Source of the DNA: an uncultured Spirochaetota bacterium
Lineage (GTDB): Bacteria > Spirochaetota > Spirochaetia > SZUA-6 > Fen-1364
Length of the DNA: 64,000 nucleotides
Assembly (NCBI GenBank): GCA_963845535.1
Contig: CAWJSK010000012.1
Coordinates: 544,001 to 608,000 of the forward strand
Direction: 5' to 3'
Under the pieces are notes generated by a model. The model was given only the letters and a program-made list of their open reading frames with translations. It was not told the origin of the DNA and did not search any database. The position numbers and the translations under genes are program-made. This document shows positions 1 to 9,970 of this stretch, piece after piece (the stretch's first letter is position 1; each line of letters begins with the position of its first letter).

Positions 1-1253
1 TGGGGATTGCGGCAGTAACGGCTGCATTTCCCCTGATGCTCCTGTCGGTGGCAATTGGCAGTCTTTTTGGCGCGGGCGCCACCACCCTCATCTCGATCAG
101 CCTGGGCGCGGGGCGCGCGGAGGAAGCGCGATCTCTCCTGGGCCAGGCGTTTGCGGCTTCAATCCTGGCCGCGGCCGTGATTGCCTTGCTCACTCTCGCT
201 TTCATGTCGCCCGTCCTGCGGCTCCTGGGAGCCACCCCGGCGCTCCTTCCTTTTGCCCGCCGGTACTTGTCCATCGTCTCAATCGGCTTCCTCTTCCAGA
301 TCCCCTCCATGGCCACAGGCGGCTCTCTCCGAGCGCAAGGAAGGCCGCGGGCTGCGGTGATCGCCGTCATCTGCGGCGTGGCGGTGAACGCGGCCCTGGC
401 TCCACTTTTTATTTTCGGCTTCCACGCGGGGCTTGCCGGGGCGGCCGCGGCCACGGTAACGGCGCAGGCAGTGGTCTTTGTGTTGACTCTCACGTTCATC
501 CAAGGCGGAAAAAGCAGGCTCAGGATCATGAAAAGCGCCATGAGGCCGCGCGCCGCCGCGGTGGGGAAAATGGTGACCCTTGGCGCCCCGGCGGCGCTGG
601 CAAACATCATCCAGCTTGCAGTCTTTGCCGTGGCCAACACGAGCATCGCGGCTTATGGAGGGGATCTGGGAATTGCGATGGTCGGCATCGTCAACTCCCT
701 GTACCGCCTCTTCTCTTTTCCCGTGGAGGGTATCACGCAAGGGGCACAGGCGCTCTGGGGCTACAACCACGGAGCGGGGAAACCCGCCCGCGTGAGGTCC
801 ATCACGTTCCATGCCATGGCCTGGGCAACCGCGGTCAGCGTCCTTTGCACGCTTCTGATCGAGCTTTTCCCCCGGGGCTTCGTGTCCTTGTTCAATGGGA
901 GCGACGCTCAGTTTCTTCGGCTGGGTTCGCATGGACTTGCGATATTCTTTCTCGGGTTCTTCGCGTACGGCGCGCGCTCCGTGTCCGCTCAGTTCTTCCA
1001 GTCCGTCGGCAGGCCGGCGGAAACCACGGTCCTGCTCCTGGGGCGGAATGTCCTTCTGATAGCCGGCATGATCGTTCTCCCTCGCTGGCTCGCCCTTGAC
1101 GGCGTGCTGTGGGCCGGATCCGCAAGCGAGATCCTGACCGCGGCCATAAGCGTTCCGCTCCTGGCGCGCGGCCTGAGAAACCGCTACTATCGCCCACATG
1201 CAGGAACAGGACGCCAGGGAGCAGATTGTGGAGGCAGGGAAGCGCCTCCGTGA
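1..1253 (+). CDS. MATE family efflux transporter (5' end outside window)
   Basis: Frame open from base 3; many hydrophobic TM segments; MATE-like motifs (GATTLISISLGAG, LRAQGRP, WGYNHGAG, FFQSVGRP); 3' end overlaps next gene by 56 bp. Confidence 0.85.
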   Translation, partial: GIAAVTAAFPLMLLSVAIGSLFGAGATTLISISLGAGRAEEARSLLGQAFAASILAAAVIALLTLAFMSPVLRLLGATPALLPFARRYLSIVSIGFLFQIPSMATGGSLRAQGRPRAAVIAVICGVAVNAALAPLFIFGFHAGLAGAAAATVTAQAVVFVLTLTFIQGGKSRLRIMKSAMRPRAAAVGKMVTLGAPAALANIIQLAVFAVANTSIAAYGGDLGIAMVGIVNSLYRLFSFPVEGITQGAQALWGYNHGAGKPARVRSITFHAMAWATAVSVLCTLLIELFPRGFVSLFNGSDAQFLRLGSHGLAIFFLGFFAYGARSVSAQFFQSVGRPAETTVLLLGRNVLLIAGMIVLPRWLALDGVLWAGSASEILTAAISVPLLARGLRNRYYRPHAGTGRQGADCGGREAPP

Positions 1254-1932
1254 CAGGTTCTTCATCGCGGCCAATGACGGGAACATCAGCGCGCGGCTGT
1301 CGGAAAACGAGCTCCTCATCACTCCCACCACCGTGAACAAGGGTGACGTCACCACTGACCAGATCCTCAAGATCGACATGCAGGGCAACGTCATCTCGGG
1401 AAGCAAGCGCCCCAGCTCGGAAACGAAAATGCACCTCGCGGTGTATCGTGCGCGGCCTGACGTCACGGCCATCGTCCACGCCCATCCCCCTGCCGCCACC
1501 GGGTTCGCCGCGTGCCACATCCGACTGGATGCGGACGTGATTCTCCCCGAGGTGGTGTTCGGCCTCGGCAAGGTGGGATTTGCGGAGTACGGGACTCCCT
1601 CCACGGAGGAAATCCCGAATGCCGTTGAAAAGGAGATCCCCGGCTGCGACGCCATCCTTCTGTCCAACCATGGTGCGCTCACGGTTGGGGCCGACGTGAT
1701 GCAGGCGTACTACCGCATGGAAGTGCTGGAGATGTATGCGCGGGTGCGCCTCGTGACGAAGATCCTCGGCGAGCCCAAGCCGCTCTCTCAAGCGGAGATT
1801 GCCGAGCTTTACAAGGTCCGCGAAAAGCAGGGATGGGGAAAGGCGAAGCCCGGCCTGGAGGACGTGGATCCGCGCCTGGTGGACATCATTGCCAGGATTG
1901 TCATGGGAGTTCTGGAGCAGCGCGGCAGATAG
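1198..1932 (+). CDS. Class II aldolase/adducin family (L-fuculose-1-phosphate aldolase-like) with C-terminal amphipathic extension
   Basis: DGNISAR, ITPT, PSSE..MH, HAHP and NHG Zn-binding motifs. Confidence 0.9.
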   Translation: MQEQDAREQIVEAGKRLRDRFFIAANDGNISARLSENELLITPTTVNKGDVTTDQILKIDMQGNVISGSKRPSSETKMHLAVYRARPDVTAIVHAHPPAATGFAACHIRLDADVILPEVVFGLGKVGFAEYGTPSTEEIPNAVEKEIPGCDAILLSNHGALTVGADVMQAYYRMEVLEMYARVRLVTKILGEPKPLSQAEIAELYKVREKQGWGKAKPGLEDVDPRLVDIIARIVMGVLEQRGR

Positions 1933-1940
1933 AACGGGAC

Positions 1941-2945
1941 CTACTGCGCTTGCAGCACCGCGATCATAGCGGCGATATTCTCAGGCTTCGCGTCCTTGGG
2001 AATGTCGTGGGCGGGGGAAGCGATATAGCCGCCGTTCCTGCCTATTCGCTCCAGGAGGCGCCTCACTTCGTCCTTCACCTCCGGGACTGTTCCGTACGGA
2101 AGCGTCTTCTGCGTGCTGATTCCCCCGAAGAATGACAACCGGTCCCCGTAGCGGCGCTTCATGTCGTACACGTCCATGACCTCCGGCTGGAACGGGTTGA
2201 ACACGTCGAGCCCGCTTTCGATCAAGTCAGGAAAGAGCTCGTCCACCTTGCCGCAGGAGTGGATAAACACTTTTTTCCCCTTGGATTTTACCAAGCCGTA
2301 CATCTGTCGGACGCGCGGTCCGATCAGCTCGCGCCACAGGGCCGGCCCCATGATGAGGCCGCGCTGCTGGCCCCAGTCGTCACCGAAACGCATTGCATCT
2401 ATGGGATAGGCGCATGCCTTCTCGATGAGCTTCAGGTTGAAGTCCAGGATCCGGTCCAGCAACCCGTTCAGGAACGATGTGTCATCCACCATCGCCATGA
2501 GGACCCGTTCCATGCCGGCAAGGGTCCACGCCCTCTCGAACAGGCTGAACCCGATGCTTGCCACCACAAACGCATCACGGCGGCCCGCCATCTGCGCTTC
2601 CCAGTCCTCGAAGCGCGATGGGTCGAGCGGATCAGGGAACGGATACGAACCGAGGTTCTCCGGGGTGAGCGGAGAATTGCAGACGGTGCCGATGTCCGCG
2701 TCCAGTGTCCTGTCCCACTGGACGCCGAACTGGTCTTCCCAGATCTCGCCGTGGAGCCGGCGCCAGGAGGTTTTCGGCTCCGTCTCCAGCATCAGCAGGC
2801 AGTTGCCAAGGGATGACTCGAAGTGCGGGTCCGCGTACCAGCGAGCCATGCCCTCCCGGGCCGGAGCGGTGAAACTGATGTGGTACGGCGTCTTGTCCGG
2901 CTGCTTGTGCGACAGCGCCGCGCCGACCCTCTCACGCGCGTTCAT
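1941..2945 (-). CDS. Uroporphyrinogen decarboxylase (URO-D/MtaA) superfamily protein
   Basis: GDDWGQQ, HSCG, FFGGISTQ, GGYIASPAH motifs; overlaps aspS stop by 4 bp. Confidence 0.8.
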   Translation of the reverse strand: MNARERVGAALSHKQPDKTPYHISFTAPAREGMARWYADPHFESSLGNCLLMLETEPKTSWRRLHGEIWEDQFGVQWDRTLDADIGTVCNSPLTPENLGSYPFPDPLDPSRFEDWEAQMAGRRDAFVVASIGFSLFERAWTLAGMERVLMAMVDDTSFLNGLLDRILDFNLKLIEKACAYPIDAMRFGDDWGQQRGLIMGPALWRELIGPRVRQMYGLVKSKGKKVFIHSCGKVDELFPDLIESGLDVFNPFQPEVMDVYDMKRRYGDRLSFFGGISTQKTLPYGTVPEVKDEVRRLLERIGRNGGYIASPAHDIPKDAKPENIAAMIAVLQAQ

Positions 2946-4720
2946 TTTGCGGGCTCTTCATTTCGGATGGCGAGGTGCAGCTCCTCGAGCTGCTTCGGGT
3001 CCACCTCTGACGGAGAGTCATCCATGGGGCATTGCCCCAGCGTGTTCTTGGGGAACGCGATGACCTCCCGAATGGTCCCTTCTCCCGCCATCATTGCCAC
3101 CAGCCTGTCGAATCCGGGGGCGATTCCGCCGTGCGGAGGCGGCCCATAGCGGAATGCTTCCAGGAGGAAGCCGAAGCGCTGCTGGGCTTGCTCTTCGGAG
3201 AAACCGAGGAACCGGAATATCCTCTTCTGAAGCTCCGGGTCATGGATCCTGATGGAACCGGATGCAAGCTCGACGCCATTGCACACCAGGTCATACAGGT
3301 CTCCTTTGACCTCCGCCGGTCTCTTCTCGAAATCCGCCAGGAACCTTTCCTGGGGCATTGTGAACATGTGGTGCGCGGGGTCCCACTTTTTGAGCTCCTC
3401 GTTCCACTCGAAGAGGGGGAAATCGATGATCCAGCAGAAACGGAAATCTCCTTCCGCGGCAAGATTCAAGTCCTTCCCGAACTGCGTTCGCACGGCGCCA
3501 AGTGAGACGCACGCCCTGCGCGCGTCCGCCCCAACCATGAGGATCAGGTCACCGGGCTTTGCCCCCAGGCTTTCGCGGATGGCTGCCGCCTGATCCGCAT
3601 AGAACTTGGAGACCCCGCCCTCGAGGCCCTGCTCCGTGACCTTCATGGAGGCGAGCCCCGCGGCACCGTACACCTTGGCCACCCCTTCCAGTTCCCCGAT
3701 CTGCTTGCGCGAGTAGTCTCCGCAGCCGGGAGCAACGAGCGCCTTCACCGCGCCGCCTGATTCCACGACTTTCTTGAAAACCTCGAAGCTGCCCTTCTTT
3801 GCAAAGGCAACGAAGTCCTTCAGCTCCAGCCCGAAGCGGAGGTCCGGCTTGTCCGAGCCGTAGCGGTTCATGGCATCATCATACGCGAGCCTCTGGAAAG
3901 GCACGGTGATGTCCGTGGTGATGGACTTCTTGAAGATGTGGGCCATGAGGCCCTCCACCACCTCGAACACGTCCTCCCGGGAGACGAAGCTCATCTCGAT
4001 GTCGATCTGCGTGAACTCCGGCTGCCTGTCCCCGCGCGCGTCTTCGTCACGGAAGCAACGGGCAATCTGGAAGTACCTGTCGAACCCGGACACCATCAGG
4101 ATCTGCTTGTAGAGCTGCGGTGACTGTGGAAGCGCATAGAACCGCCCCGGGTTCAGCCGTGACGGCACCAGATAGTCCCGCGCGCCTTCCGGCGTGCTCT
4201 TGATGAACATCGGCGTGTCGATTTCGAAAAACCCGCGGGCCACGAGGTACTCACGGGCGGCAAACGCGGCGGTATGACGCAGCGCTATGTTGCGCTGCAT
4301 CCGGGCTGTCCGCAGGTCTATGTAGCGGTACTTGAAGCGGGTGTCTTCCTTGGCGTCCGCTTTCTCATCCACCATGAAGGGAAGGACTTCGCAACGGCTC
4401 AAGATCTCGATCTTCTCCGCCTTGACCTCGATCTCACCGGTGGGCATGCCAGGGTTCGCCATGGCGGGCGGCCGGGGCCGCACCGTGCCCTCCACGGCGA
4501 CGCAGTATTCGAACTTCAACTGCCTGCCTGTTTCGGCCAGCTCAGGGGATGCGTCTGAATCCACCACCACCTGCGTGAGCCCATAGCGGTCCCGCAGGTC
4601 GAAGAATCGGATCCCGCCATGGTCACGGTGCCTGTGCACCCAGCCGTTCAGGATGACGCGCCGGCCGGCGTCTTTTGCCCGAAGCGCGCCGCAGGTGTCG
4701 GTTCTCTTCATGTTCTCCAT
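2942..4720 (-). CDS. aspS: Aspartate--tRNA ligase
   Basis: GWVHRHRDHGG OB-fold, STPEGARDYLVPSR, YALPQSPQLYKQ, CFRDED..DRQPEFTQID, GPPPHGGIAPG.DR. Confidence 0.98.
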   Translation of the reverse strand: MENMKRTDTCGALRAKDAGRRVILNGWVHRHRDHGGIRFFDLRDRYGLTQVVVDSDASPELAETGRQLKFEYCVAVEGTVRPRPPAMANPGMPTGEIEVKAEKIEILSRCEVLPFMVDEKADAKEDTRFKYRYIDLRTARMQRNIALRHTAAFAAREYLVARGFFEIDTPMFIKSTPEGARDYLVPSRLNPGRFYALPQSPQLYKQILMVSGFDRYFQIARCFRDEDARGDRQPEFTQIDIEMSFVSREDVFEVVEGLMAHIFKKSITTDITVPFQRLAYDDAMNRYGSDKPDLRFGLELKDFVAFAKKGSFEVFKKVVESGGAVKALVAPGCGDYSRKQIGELEGVAKVYGAAGLASMKVTEQGLEGGVSKFYADQAAAIRESLGAKPGDLILMVGADARRACVSLGAVRTQFGKDLNLAAEGDFRFCWIIDFPLFEWNEELKKWDPAHHMFTMPQERFLADFEKRPAEVKGDLYDLVCNGVELASGSIRIHDPELQKRIFRFLGFSEEQAQQRFGFLLEAFRYGPPPHGGIAPGFDRLVAMMAGEGTIREVIAFPKNTLGQCPMDDSPSEVDPKQLEELHLAIRNEEPAK

Positions 4721-4813
4721 GCGAGCGACTATAGCGCTAGGGCGCGACGGTGTGCAAGGAAGGCGGCCCGGGTTGCTGCGGCCGCGCCAGTCCGGTTGTG
4801 ATATGATGCCGGC

Positions 4814-6058
4814 GTGATTGTCACTCCGTATTCACTCGTGCTTTTTGCCGCCTCTTTCACCGTCCTGGTGGCTGGCAACTCGGCCTGGCGCAAACGCGAA
4901 GCGCCAGGCGGCCTGACGCTGGCGCTCATGTTTCTTTCGATTGCCGTATGGTCTTTCTTCTCTGCCATGGAGACCACCTCCCTGGACGCCTCACACAGGT
5001 ACCTGTGGAACGCGGTAAGCTACGTGGGCCTGTGCAACGTCGCACCGTTCTTTCTCGTCTTCGCAATTCAATACTCCGAGTCCGGCTGGCCGCTCTCTGC
5101 GGGAATGATTGCATTCTTCTGGGCCATTCCCGTTGTCACCATCGGCCTTGCATTCACCAACGGCCTCCATCACCTCATATGGACAGGCTTCACCCCCGGT
5201 CCCGTTCGGGGGACCAACACCGTCGTGTACAGCCACGGACCGTGGTACTTCATTGCCGTTCTCTGGTTTTTCGTCACGTGCCTTCTTGGGATGTACCATA
5301 TCCTGAGGGTGGCCATCAGGGCGGCGCGGCTCTATGTGGCGCAGGCGGTTACCCTCATCCTCTCGGTGCTCATACCGTGGGCGGGGTTCCTTCTCTTCAT
5401 CCTCCCGGGGGACCCTGTCGCCGGGCTGGACACGCTGTCTCTGGGATTCGTTGTCAGCGCTCTTCTGGTCCTGGCCGCCTACAATCGGCTGCACTTCCTG
5501 GACCTTGTCCCCAAAGCGCGCGCTGCCCTGGTGGAGCGAATGTCGGACGGGTTCCTCGTGCTGGACGTTACGGACAGGATCATCGACATCAATTCGATGG
5601 CGGCGGATCTTCTGGGGATAAGCTCCCGTGTGATCGGAAGACCGCTTGGCGACGTCTCCCCTTCTTTGGGCGGTCTCCTGGCAGGGGATTCTCAGGAGAA
5701 GACGCTGTCTTTGAACCGCCCCCAGGATCCGGACATGACGCTCGAGGTTTCCGTCACGTGCCTTTCCAGGAGGTCTGGAAAACGCACGGGAAGGCTGCTC
5801 CTTGTTCGAAACATCACGGAGCGGCGCCGCGCGGAGAAGGAGCGTGAGAAGCTGATTGCCGAGCTGAGTGCCGCGCTTGCGAACATCAAGAAACTGAGCG
5901 GCCTGCTCCCCGTCTGCGCCTCCTGCAAGAAGATTCGGGACGACAAGGGGCACTGGCACCAGATGGAGACCTACATGAAAGACCGCGCCGAGGTCGAGTT
6001 CAGCCACGGGTTGTGCCCCGAATGCATGGAGAAGCTGTACCCGGACGTGTCGCGTTAA
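4814..6058 (+). CDS. HisKA_7TM-type membrane sensor + PAS + C-terminal Cys-rich (CxxC...HxxCxxC) domain; no kinase core
   Basis: About seven TM segments, PAS-like DGFLVLD..RIIDIN, RNITER, terminal LLPVCASCKKIRDD...SHGLCPEC. Confidence 0.8.
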   Translation: MIVTPYSLVLFAASFTVLVAGNSAWRKREAPGGLTLALMFLSIAVWSFFSAMETTSLDASHRYLWNAVSYVGLCNVAPFFLVFAIQYSESGWPLSAGMIAFFWAIPVVTIGLAFTNGLHHLIWTGFTPGPVRGTNTVVYSHGPWYFIAVLWFFVTCLLGMYHILRVAIRAARLYVAQAVTLILSVLIPWAGFLLFILPGDPVAGLDTLSLGFVVSALLVLAAYNRLHFLDLVPKARAALVERMSDGFLVLDVTDRIIDINSMAADLLGISSRVIGRPLGDVSPSLGGLLAGDSQEKTLSLNRPQDPDMTLEVSVTCLSRRSGKRTGRLLLVRNITERRRAEKEREKLIAELSAALANIKKLSGLLPVCASCKKIRDDKGHWHQMETYMKDRAEVEFSHGLCPECMEKLYPDVSR

Positions 6059-7209
6059 CCCCCGCGCGAGGTGAAGGCCCTGAGGGGTCTGCCCAGCTTC
6101 ATGTGCCGCGCAAGTCGAAACAGGCCGGGCCGGCTGTGGCGGAAGAACATGCGGTACGCCGGACACAGGTAGTTCAGGCCGGGCGTCCCGTCAGGCGCCG
6201 CCATGATACGGTCCTTGGGGCAACCGCCGTTGCACGCCGAAAGAACGTCGCAACGGCGGCACACCCTGGGCAGCGCGTCACGCTTCGCGTTGCCGAACCC
6301 GCGCATGCGGGGGTCACCCAGCAGCGCCGGCAGGGAACGCTCCCGCAGGTTGCCAATGAGGTGACCGACGTCCACGAAATGATCGCACATGTACAACCCT
6401 CCGTCGTGCTCGAGGACTGCAACGGTGCCGCACGTCTCCCGGTGGATGCACAACGCATGCGGCACTCCGTAGACCGGACGCAGGGCTTCATCGAACGTCT
6501 GAACGACAATCTTGCCGACGTCTTCCGCCAGCCACCTGTCGAAGACCCTGCAGAGGAAGGTCCCGATTGCCTCGGGCGCCGCGGTAGGGGCGCGCACCCC
6601 GCTCTCCGCGGATATGACCAGAGGGAGGAATTGGAGGTACTTCACCCCCAGGTCGCGGAAGAAATCGTAGACCCGGTCCGGCTCCGCTGTGTTTCCCGAG
6701 TGAAGCACGCACAGGACATTGCAGAACACTTCGTGGCGCCGCAGCAGGCGGAATGCCGCAGTGACCTGCGCATGGGTCGGGCGTCCTGCCGAGGTCTTTC
6801 GATGCGTGTCATGGAGATCAGCCGGCCCGTCCATGCTCAGCCCTATGGAAAAGTCCTCCTGTTGCAGGAATGCTGCCCACGCCTCATCCAGGTGAAGGCC
6901 GTTGGTCTGGATCCCGTTGGTGATCTTTCGCCCCGGAGGGCGATGGGCTTTCTGCAGGTCGACAATCGTACGGAAGTAGTCCACACCGAGAAGCGTCGGT
7001 TCTCCGCCATGCCATTCGAAATGCGTGGTAGGCCCGGGGGAGGACTCGAGGCGCTGCGTGATGTAGCGCTCGAGGATGTCCTCCTCCATGAGCCAGGGCC
7101 CCTGCGGGAACAGTCCCGCCGCTTTGAGATAATAACAATAGCCGCAGCGCATGTTGCACCCCGGACCTGCCGGCTTTGCCATCACGAGGCATTCGGTGGA
7201 TTCGCTCAC
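6055..7209 (-). CDS. Anaerobic sulfatase maturase-like radical SAM/SPASM protein
   Basis: CNMRCGYC, WHGGEPTL, QTNG, YMCDH, C..C.....CNGGCPKDR. Confidence 0.9.
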   Translation of the reverse strand: MSESTECLVMAKPAGPGCNMRCGYCYYLKAAGLFPQGPWLMEEDILERYITQRLESSPGPTTHFEWHGGEPTLLGVDYFRTIVDLQKAHRPPGRKITNGIQTNGLHLDEAWAAFLQQEDFSIGLSMDGPADLHDTHRKTSAGRPTHAQVTAAFRLLRRHEVFCNVLCVLHSGNTAEPDRVYDFFRDLGVKYLQFLPLVISAESGVRAPTAAPEAIGTFLCRVFDRWLAEDVGKIVVQTFDEALRPVYGVPHALCIHRETCGTVAVLEHDGGLYMCDHFVDVGHLIGNLRERSLPALLGDPRMRGFGNAKRDALPRVCRRCDVLSACNGGCPKDRIMAAPDGTPGLNYLCPAYRMFFRHSRPGLFRLARHMKLGRPLRAFTSRGG

Positions 7210-7230
7210 GGCCGCTCCGCAACCGCTCCT

Positions 7231-8049
7231 TTATCCTGCGAGGTTCTTGGCGAAAAACATCAGCAGGCGCGCAAATGAGTCCCGCGCCGCTTTCACGTTG
7301 TACCGGGGCCCATCATCGTTGAAGAAGGCATGGGTGGCCTCCGGGTAGATGTGATGCTCAAAAGACTTCTTTCCCTTGCGCATAGACTCTTCGAAGCCAG
7401 GTATTCCGGCGTTGACCCGCTGGTCCTTCTCTCCGTAGAACGCAATGACAGGGCACATAAGCTTTGCAACTTTCTCCGGAGAGGGCGAGCTCCCATAGTA
7501 GATGGCGCAGGCGGAAATCTCCGGCTCTTCGCACGCCAGGAGCGCGGAAAGCCCGCCACCCATGCAAAAGCCGACGCAACCCACCCGCTGACCCTTCGTT
7601 TCGGGGCGTTCCGAGCGCAGATAGCGGAAGGCCTGGCGCAGCTTGCCGGTCATGGCCTCCATGCGCGCAGGCGCGGTGGAGCCCCAGATCTGCCCGAAGC
7701 TTTCCCCGATCTGGCCGCGCTCCGGTTCTGGCAGCCTGGCAAGCTCCGCATCCCGCGCCGCGGCATCACCCATGGCGGTCGGCGGGAGCCTCCGCATGAA
7801 AGCCATGGCAGCCGCCACCCGTTCGCGGGTGAGCGCCGGCGGCCTCTGCCCCTGGACGCTGAACAGATCGGGGGCCAGCGCAACGTACCCGGCTGCCGCG
7901 ACCCGGCGGGTCACGTCCTCGATGTGCTCGTTGACTCCCATGATCTCCTGGATGACCACGACCGCCGGCAGGGGCGTCTCAGCCTGGGCAGGCAGCGCGA
8001 GATACCCCACCTCATCCCCATAGCGGACCCATTCGGCTCTTATCGCCAT
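7231..8049 (-). CDS. Dienelactone hydrolase family
   Basis: VVVIQEIMG, APDLF, GFCMGG nucleophile, HAF; AGGAGG RBS before ATG at 8049. Confidence 0.9.
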   Translation of the reverse strand: MAIRAEWVRYGDEVGYLALPAQAETPLPAVVVIQEIMGVNEHIEDVTRRVAAAGYVALAPDLFSVQGQRPPALTRERVAAAMAFMRRLPPTAMGDAAARDAELARLPEPERGQIGESFGQIWGSTAPARMEAMTGKLRQAFRYLRSERPETKGQRVGCVGFCMGGGLSALLACEEPEISACAIYYGSSPSPEKVAKLMCPVIAFYGEKDQRVNAGIPGFEESMRKGKKSFEHHIYPEATHAFFNDDGPRYNVKAARDSFARLLMFFAKNLAG

Positions 8050-8132
8050 TGCTTCCTCCTGTGTCTGAGAGACGGACGCAAGTATATACCACAAGGAGGA
8101 GGCTGATTGCGACTGCTAGACGGCCTGCCTCT

Positions 8133-8489
8133 TCAAGGCTTCTCCCGAAAAATCAGGACGTCCACCGGCGCATGATCCACAATGAAGCGCGCGGTGTGGC
8201 CGATGCTGGGAGGCCCTTGGAGCGGGTGGCCACGCGGCATCTCCCGGGCAAGGAGCGCAACCAGATCCGCGGCCAGCTCTCCTGACAGCGACACCACCAC
8301 CTGCTCCGGCCTCCCTCGCTCCAGCCGCGTGGCGGCAGGGATTCCCGCGCGCCCCGCTTCTTCGGCGGCTTCTTTGAGCGCCGCGCTGCCCGCATCCTCC
8401 TCCGCGGCGTCAAGCTCTCGTTGTTGCGCGTGGTGAAGGCGGGTGATGCCTTCCACCTCCTCTCCCGTCAGCACCGCCTCTGTCCACAA
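8133..8489 (-). CDS. Universal stress protein-like (N-terminus looks truncated)
   Basis: G.PEQVVV and SIGHTARFIVDHAPVDVLI C-terminal USP motif. Confidence 0.65.
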   Translation of the reverse strand: MWTEAVLTGEEVEGITRLHHAQQRELDAAEEDAGSAALKEAAEEAGRAGIPAATRLERGRPEQVVVSLSGELAADLVALLAREMPRGHPLQGPPSIGHTARFIVDHAPVDVLIFREKP

Positions 8490-8495
8490 ACAGCA

Positions 8496-9767
8496 CTACA
8501 AACGGGCCCATATCAGCACGGAGCCGAGCACAAGGAGCGCTGGGACGAATGTAACACCAAGCCTGAAGTACTGGCGCGTCGACACCTCCAACCCGCGCCG
8601 GCGAAGGATCACGAGCCAGAGCATCGTGGCAAGCGAGCCGACGGTCGTCAGGTTCGGACCGAGGTCCGCGCCGAACATGGCGGCATACGCAAGGGACTCA
8701 TGTCCGGGCGCCCCCGGCGGAAGGCCATGCAAGGCGGACGTCATCACAAGAGCCATGGGCACATTGTCGATGAGGTTGGACCCGACCGCGGTGCCGCCGG
8801 CCACAAGGAGCACGGCCGGCAGAGGCCTGCCGCCGGCCAGGCCCAGGAGCGCGCGGCCGAACTCCGCGGTGAGGCCAAGGTCCTCGACAGCCCGTACGAC
8901 AACGAACATTCCTCCGATGAAAACGAAAAGAGACCAGGAGATCTTCTTCGCAAGGGAGAGCGGCTGAAGGCGCCCCGTCAGGAGGGCCGCTGCAAGCATG
9001 AGGACAGCTCCTCCGAGGGCCACGCCGGAAAGCGGGACGCCCGTCAATGAGGCTCCGACATAGCCGACGGCAATGAGCGCGAGGATGCCGGTTGTGATTG
9101 CGAGGTAGCGGGTGTCAACGGCTTCTGGTGCATGCAGCGCGGACATCGCGTAATCCTGCCAGAGGTCCCGGCGGAAGAGCCACAGAAAGACAAGGCAGTT
9201 CAGGAGGACCGCTGCAACGCTGGGAAGCGCCAGGTAACGCAGGAAGGTCCCCAGTCCGCCGCCGAACGAATGCAGGATGAGGATGTTGATGGGGTTGCTG
9301 ACGGGAAGGATGAACGACGCGGTGTCCGCAATGAACGTACACGCGAACATGAACGGGAGAACGGGCAGGCGCAGCCGCGTGACCAGCGCGTAGACCACGG
9401 GCGTGAGGATCAAGGCGGTTGCGTCGTTGGAAAGAAAAGCGCTGATGACGGTGCCGACAAAGAAGATCGCACCATACAGCCGGACCGCGCTCCCCCTCCC
9501 CCACTTCGCCGCCTGGTAGGCCAGCGCTTCAAACACCCCTGCTTCCTCGGCGACCGCGGAGATGACCATGAGCCCCAGGAAAAACCCGAGCGTGTTCCAT
9601 TGGGCAAGCAGGACAAGGGCCGCCTCGCGGATGCCCACGAACCCGCCGAGGATCATAAGCAACGCGCCGCCGGCTGCCGCTACGGCCTCCGTCACCTTGT
9701 AGGGCCTGACCATGACGACCAGGATAGTGGCGAGAAAAATCACCCCGCAGAGGATCAGCCGCAGCAT
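8496..9767 (-). CDS. ArsB/NhaD (IT superfamily) membrane transporter
   Basis: LSNDATALILTP, FIADTASFILPVSNPIN, NLIDNVP, DLGPNLTTVGSLATMLW. Confidence 0.85.
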   Translation of the reverse strand: MLRLILCGVIFLATILVVMVRPYKVTEAVAAAGGALLMILGGFVGIREAALVLLAQWNTLGFFLGLMVISAVAEEAGVFEALAYQAAKWGRGSAVRLYGAIFFVGTVISAFLSNDATALILTPVVYALVTRLRLPVLPFMFACTFIADTASFILPVSNPINILILHSFGGGLGTFLRYLALPSVAAVLLNCLVFLWLFRRDLWQDYAMSALHAPEAVDTRYLAITTGILALIAVGYVGASLTGVPLSGVALGGAVLMLAAALLTGRLQPLSLAKKISWSLFVFIGGMFVVVRAVEDLGLTAEFGRALLGLAGGRPLPAVLLVAGGTAVGSNLIDNVPMALVMTSALHGLPPGAPGHESLAYAAMFGADLGPNLTTVGSLATMLWLVILRRRGLEVSTRQYFRLGVTFVPALLVLGSVLIWARL

Positions 9768-9970
9768 GGCTCTTACTCGTCCGCGGGGCCTGCGCGTACC
9801 AGGGCTTCACGCAGCGCGCGTCGCGCACCCGGAACCTTGAGCGGAGGCGGAAGAGTTGCCAATCGTCCCTGCGGTTTCATGAGAGCCCGCAACGAATATA
9901 CAAATGATCGCGAACGTTGGCGCGGCAGTCGAACCTCCGCTTGACGGTCCTTCGGCAAAGCGCCCATGAT

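Noticed and set aside
6055..7209. SPASM radical SAM as a RiPP maturase
   Set aside because: Motifs fit sulfatase maturases; no precursor peptide or exporter adjacent
9768..9925. Possible riboswitch upstream of the ArsB/NhaD-like transporter
   Set aside because: Only a short hairpin; no consensus I can match without an Rfam search
9927..9940. AGTCGAACCTCCGC identical to 18716-18729; reverse strand contains T-loop-like GGTTCGA
   Set aside because: No tRNA cloverleaf; a 14-mer match is plausible by chance in 64 kb
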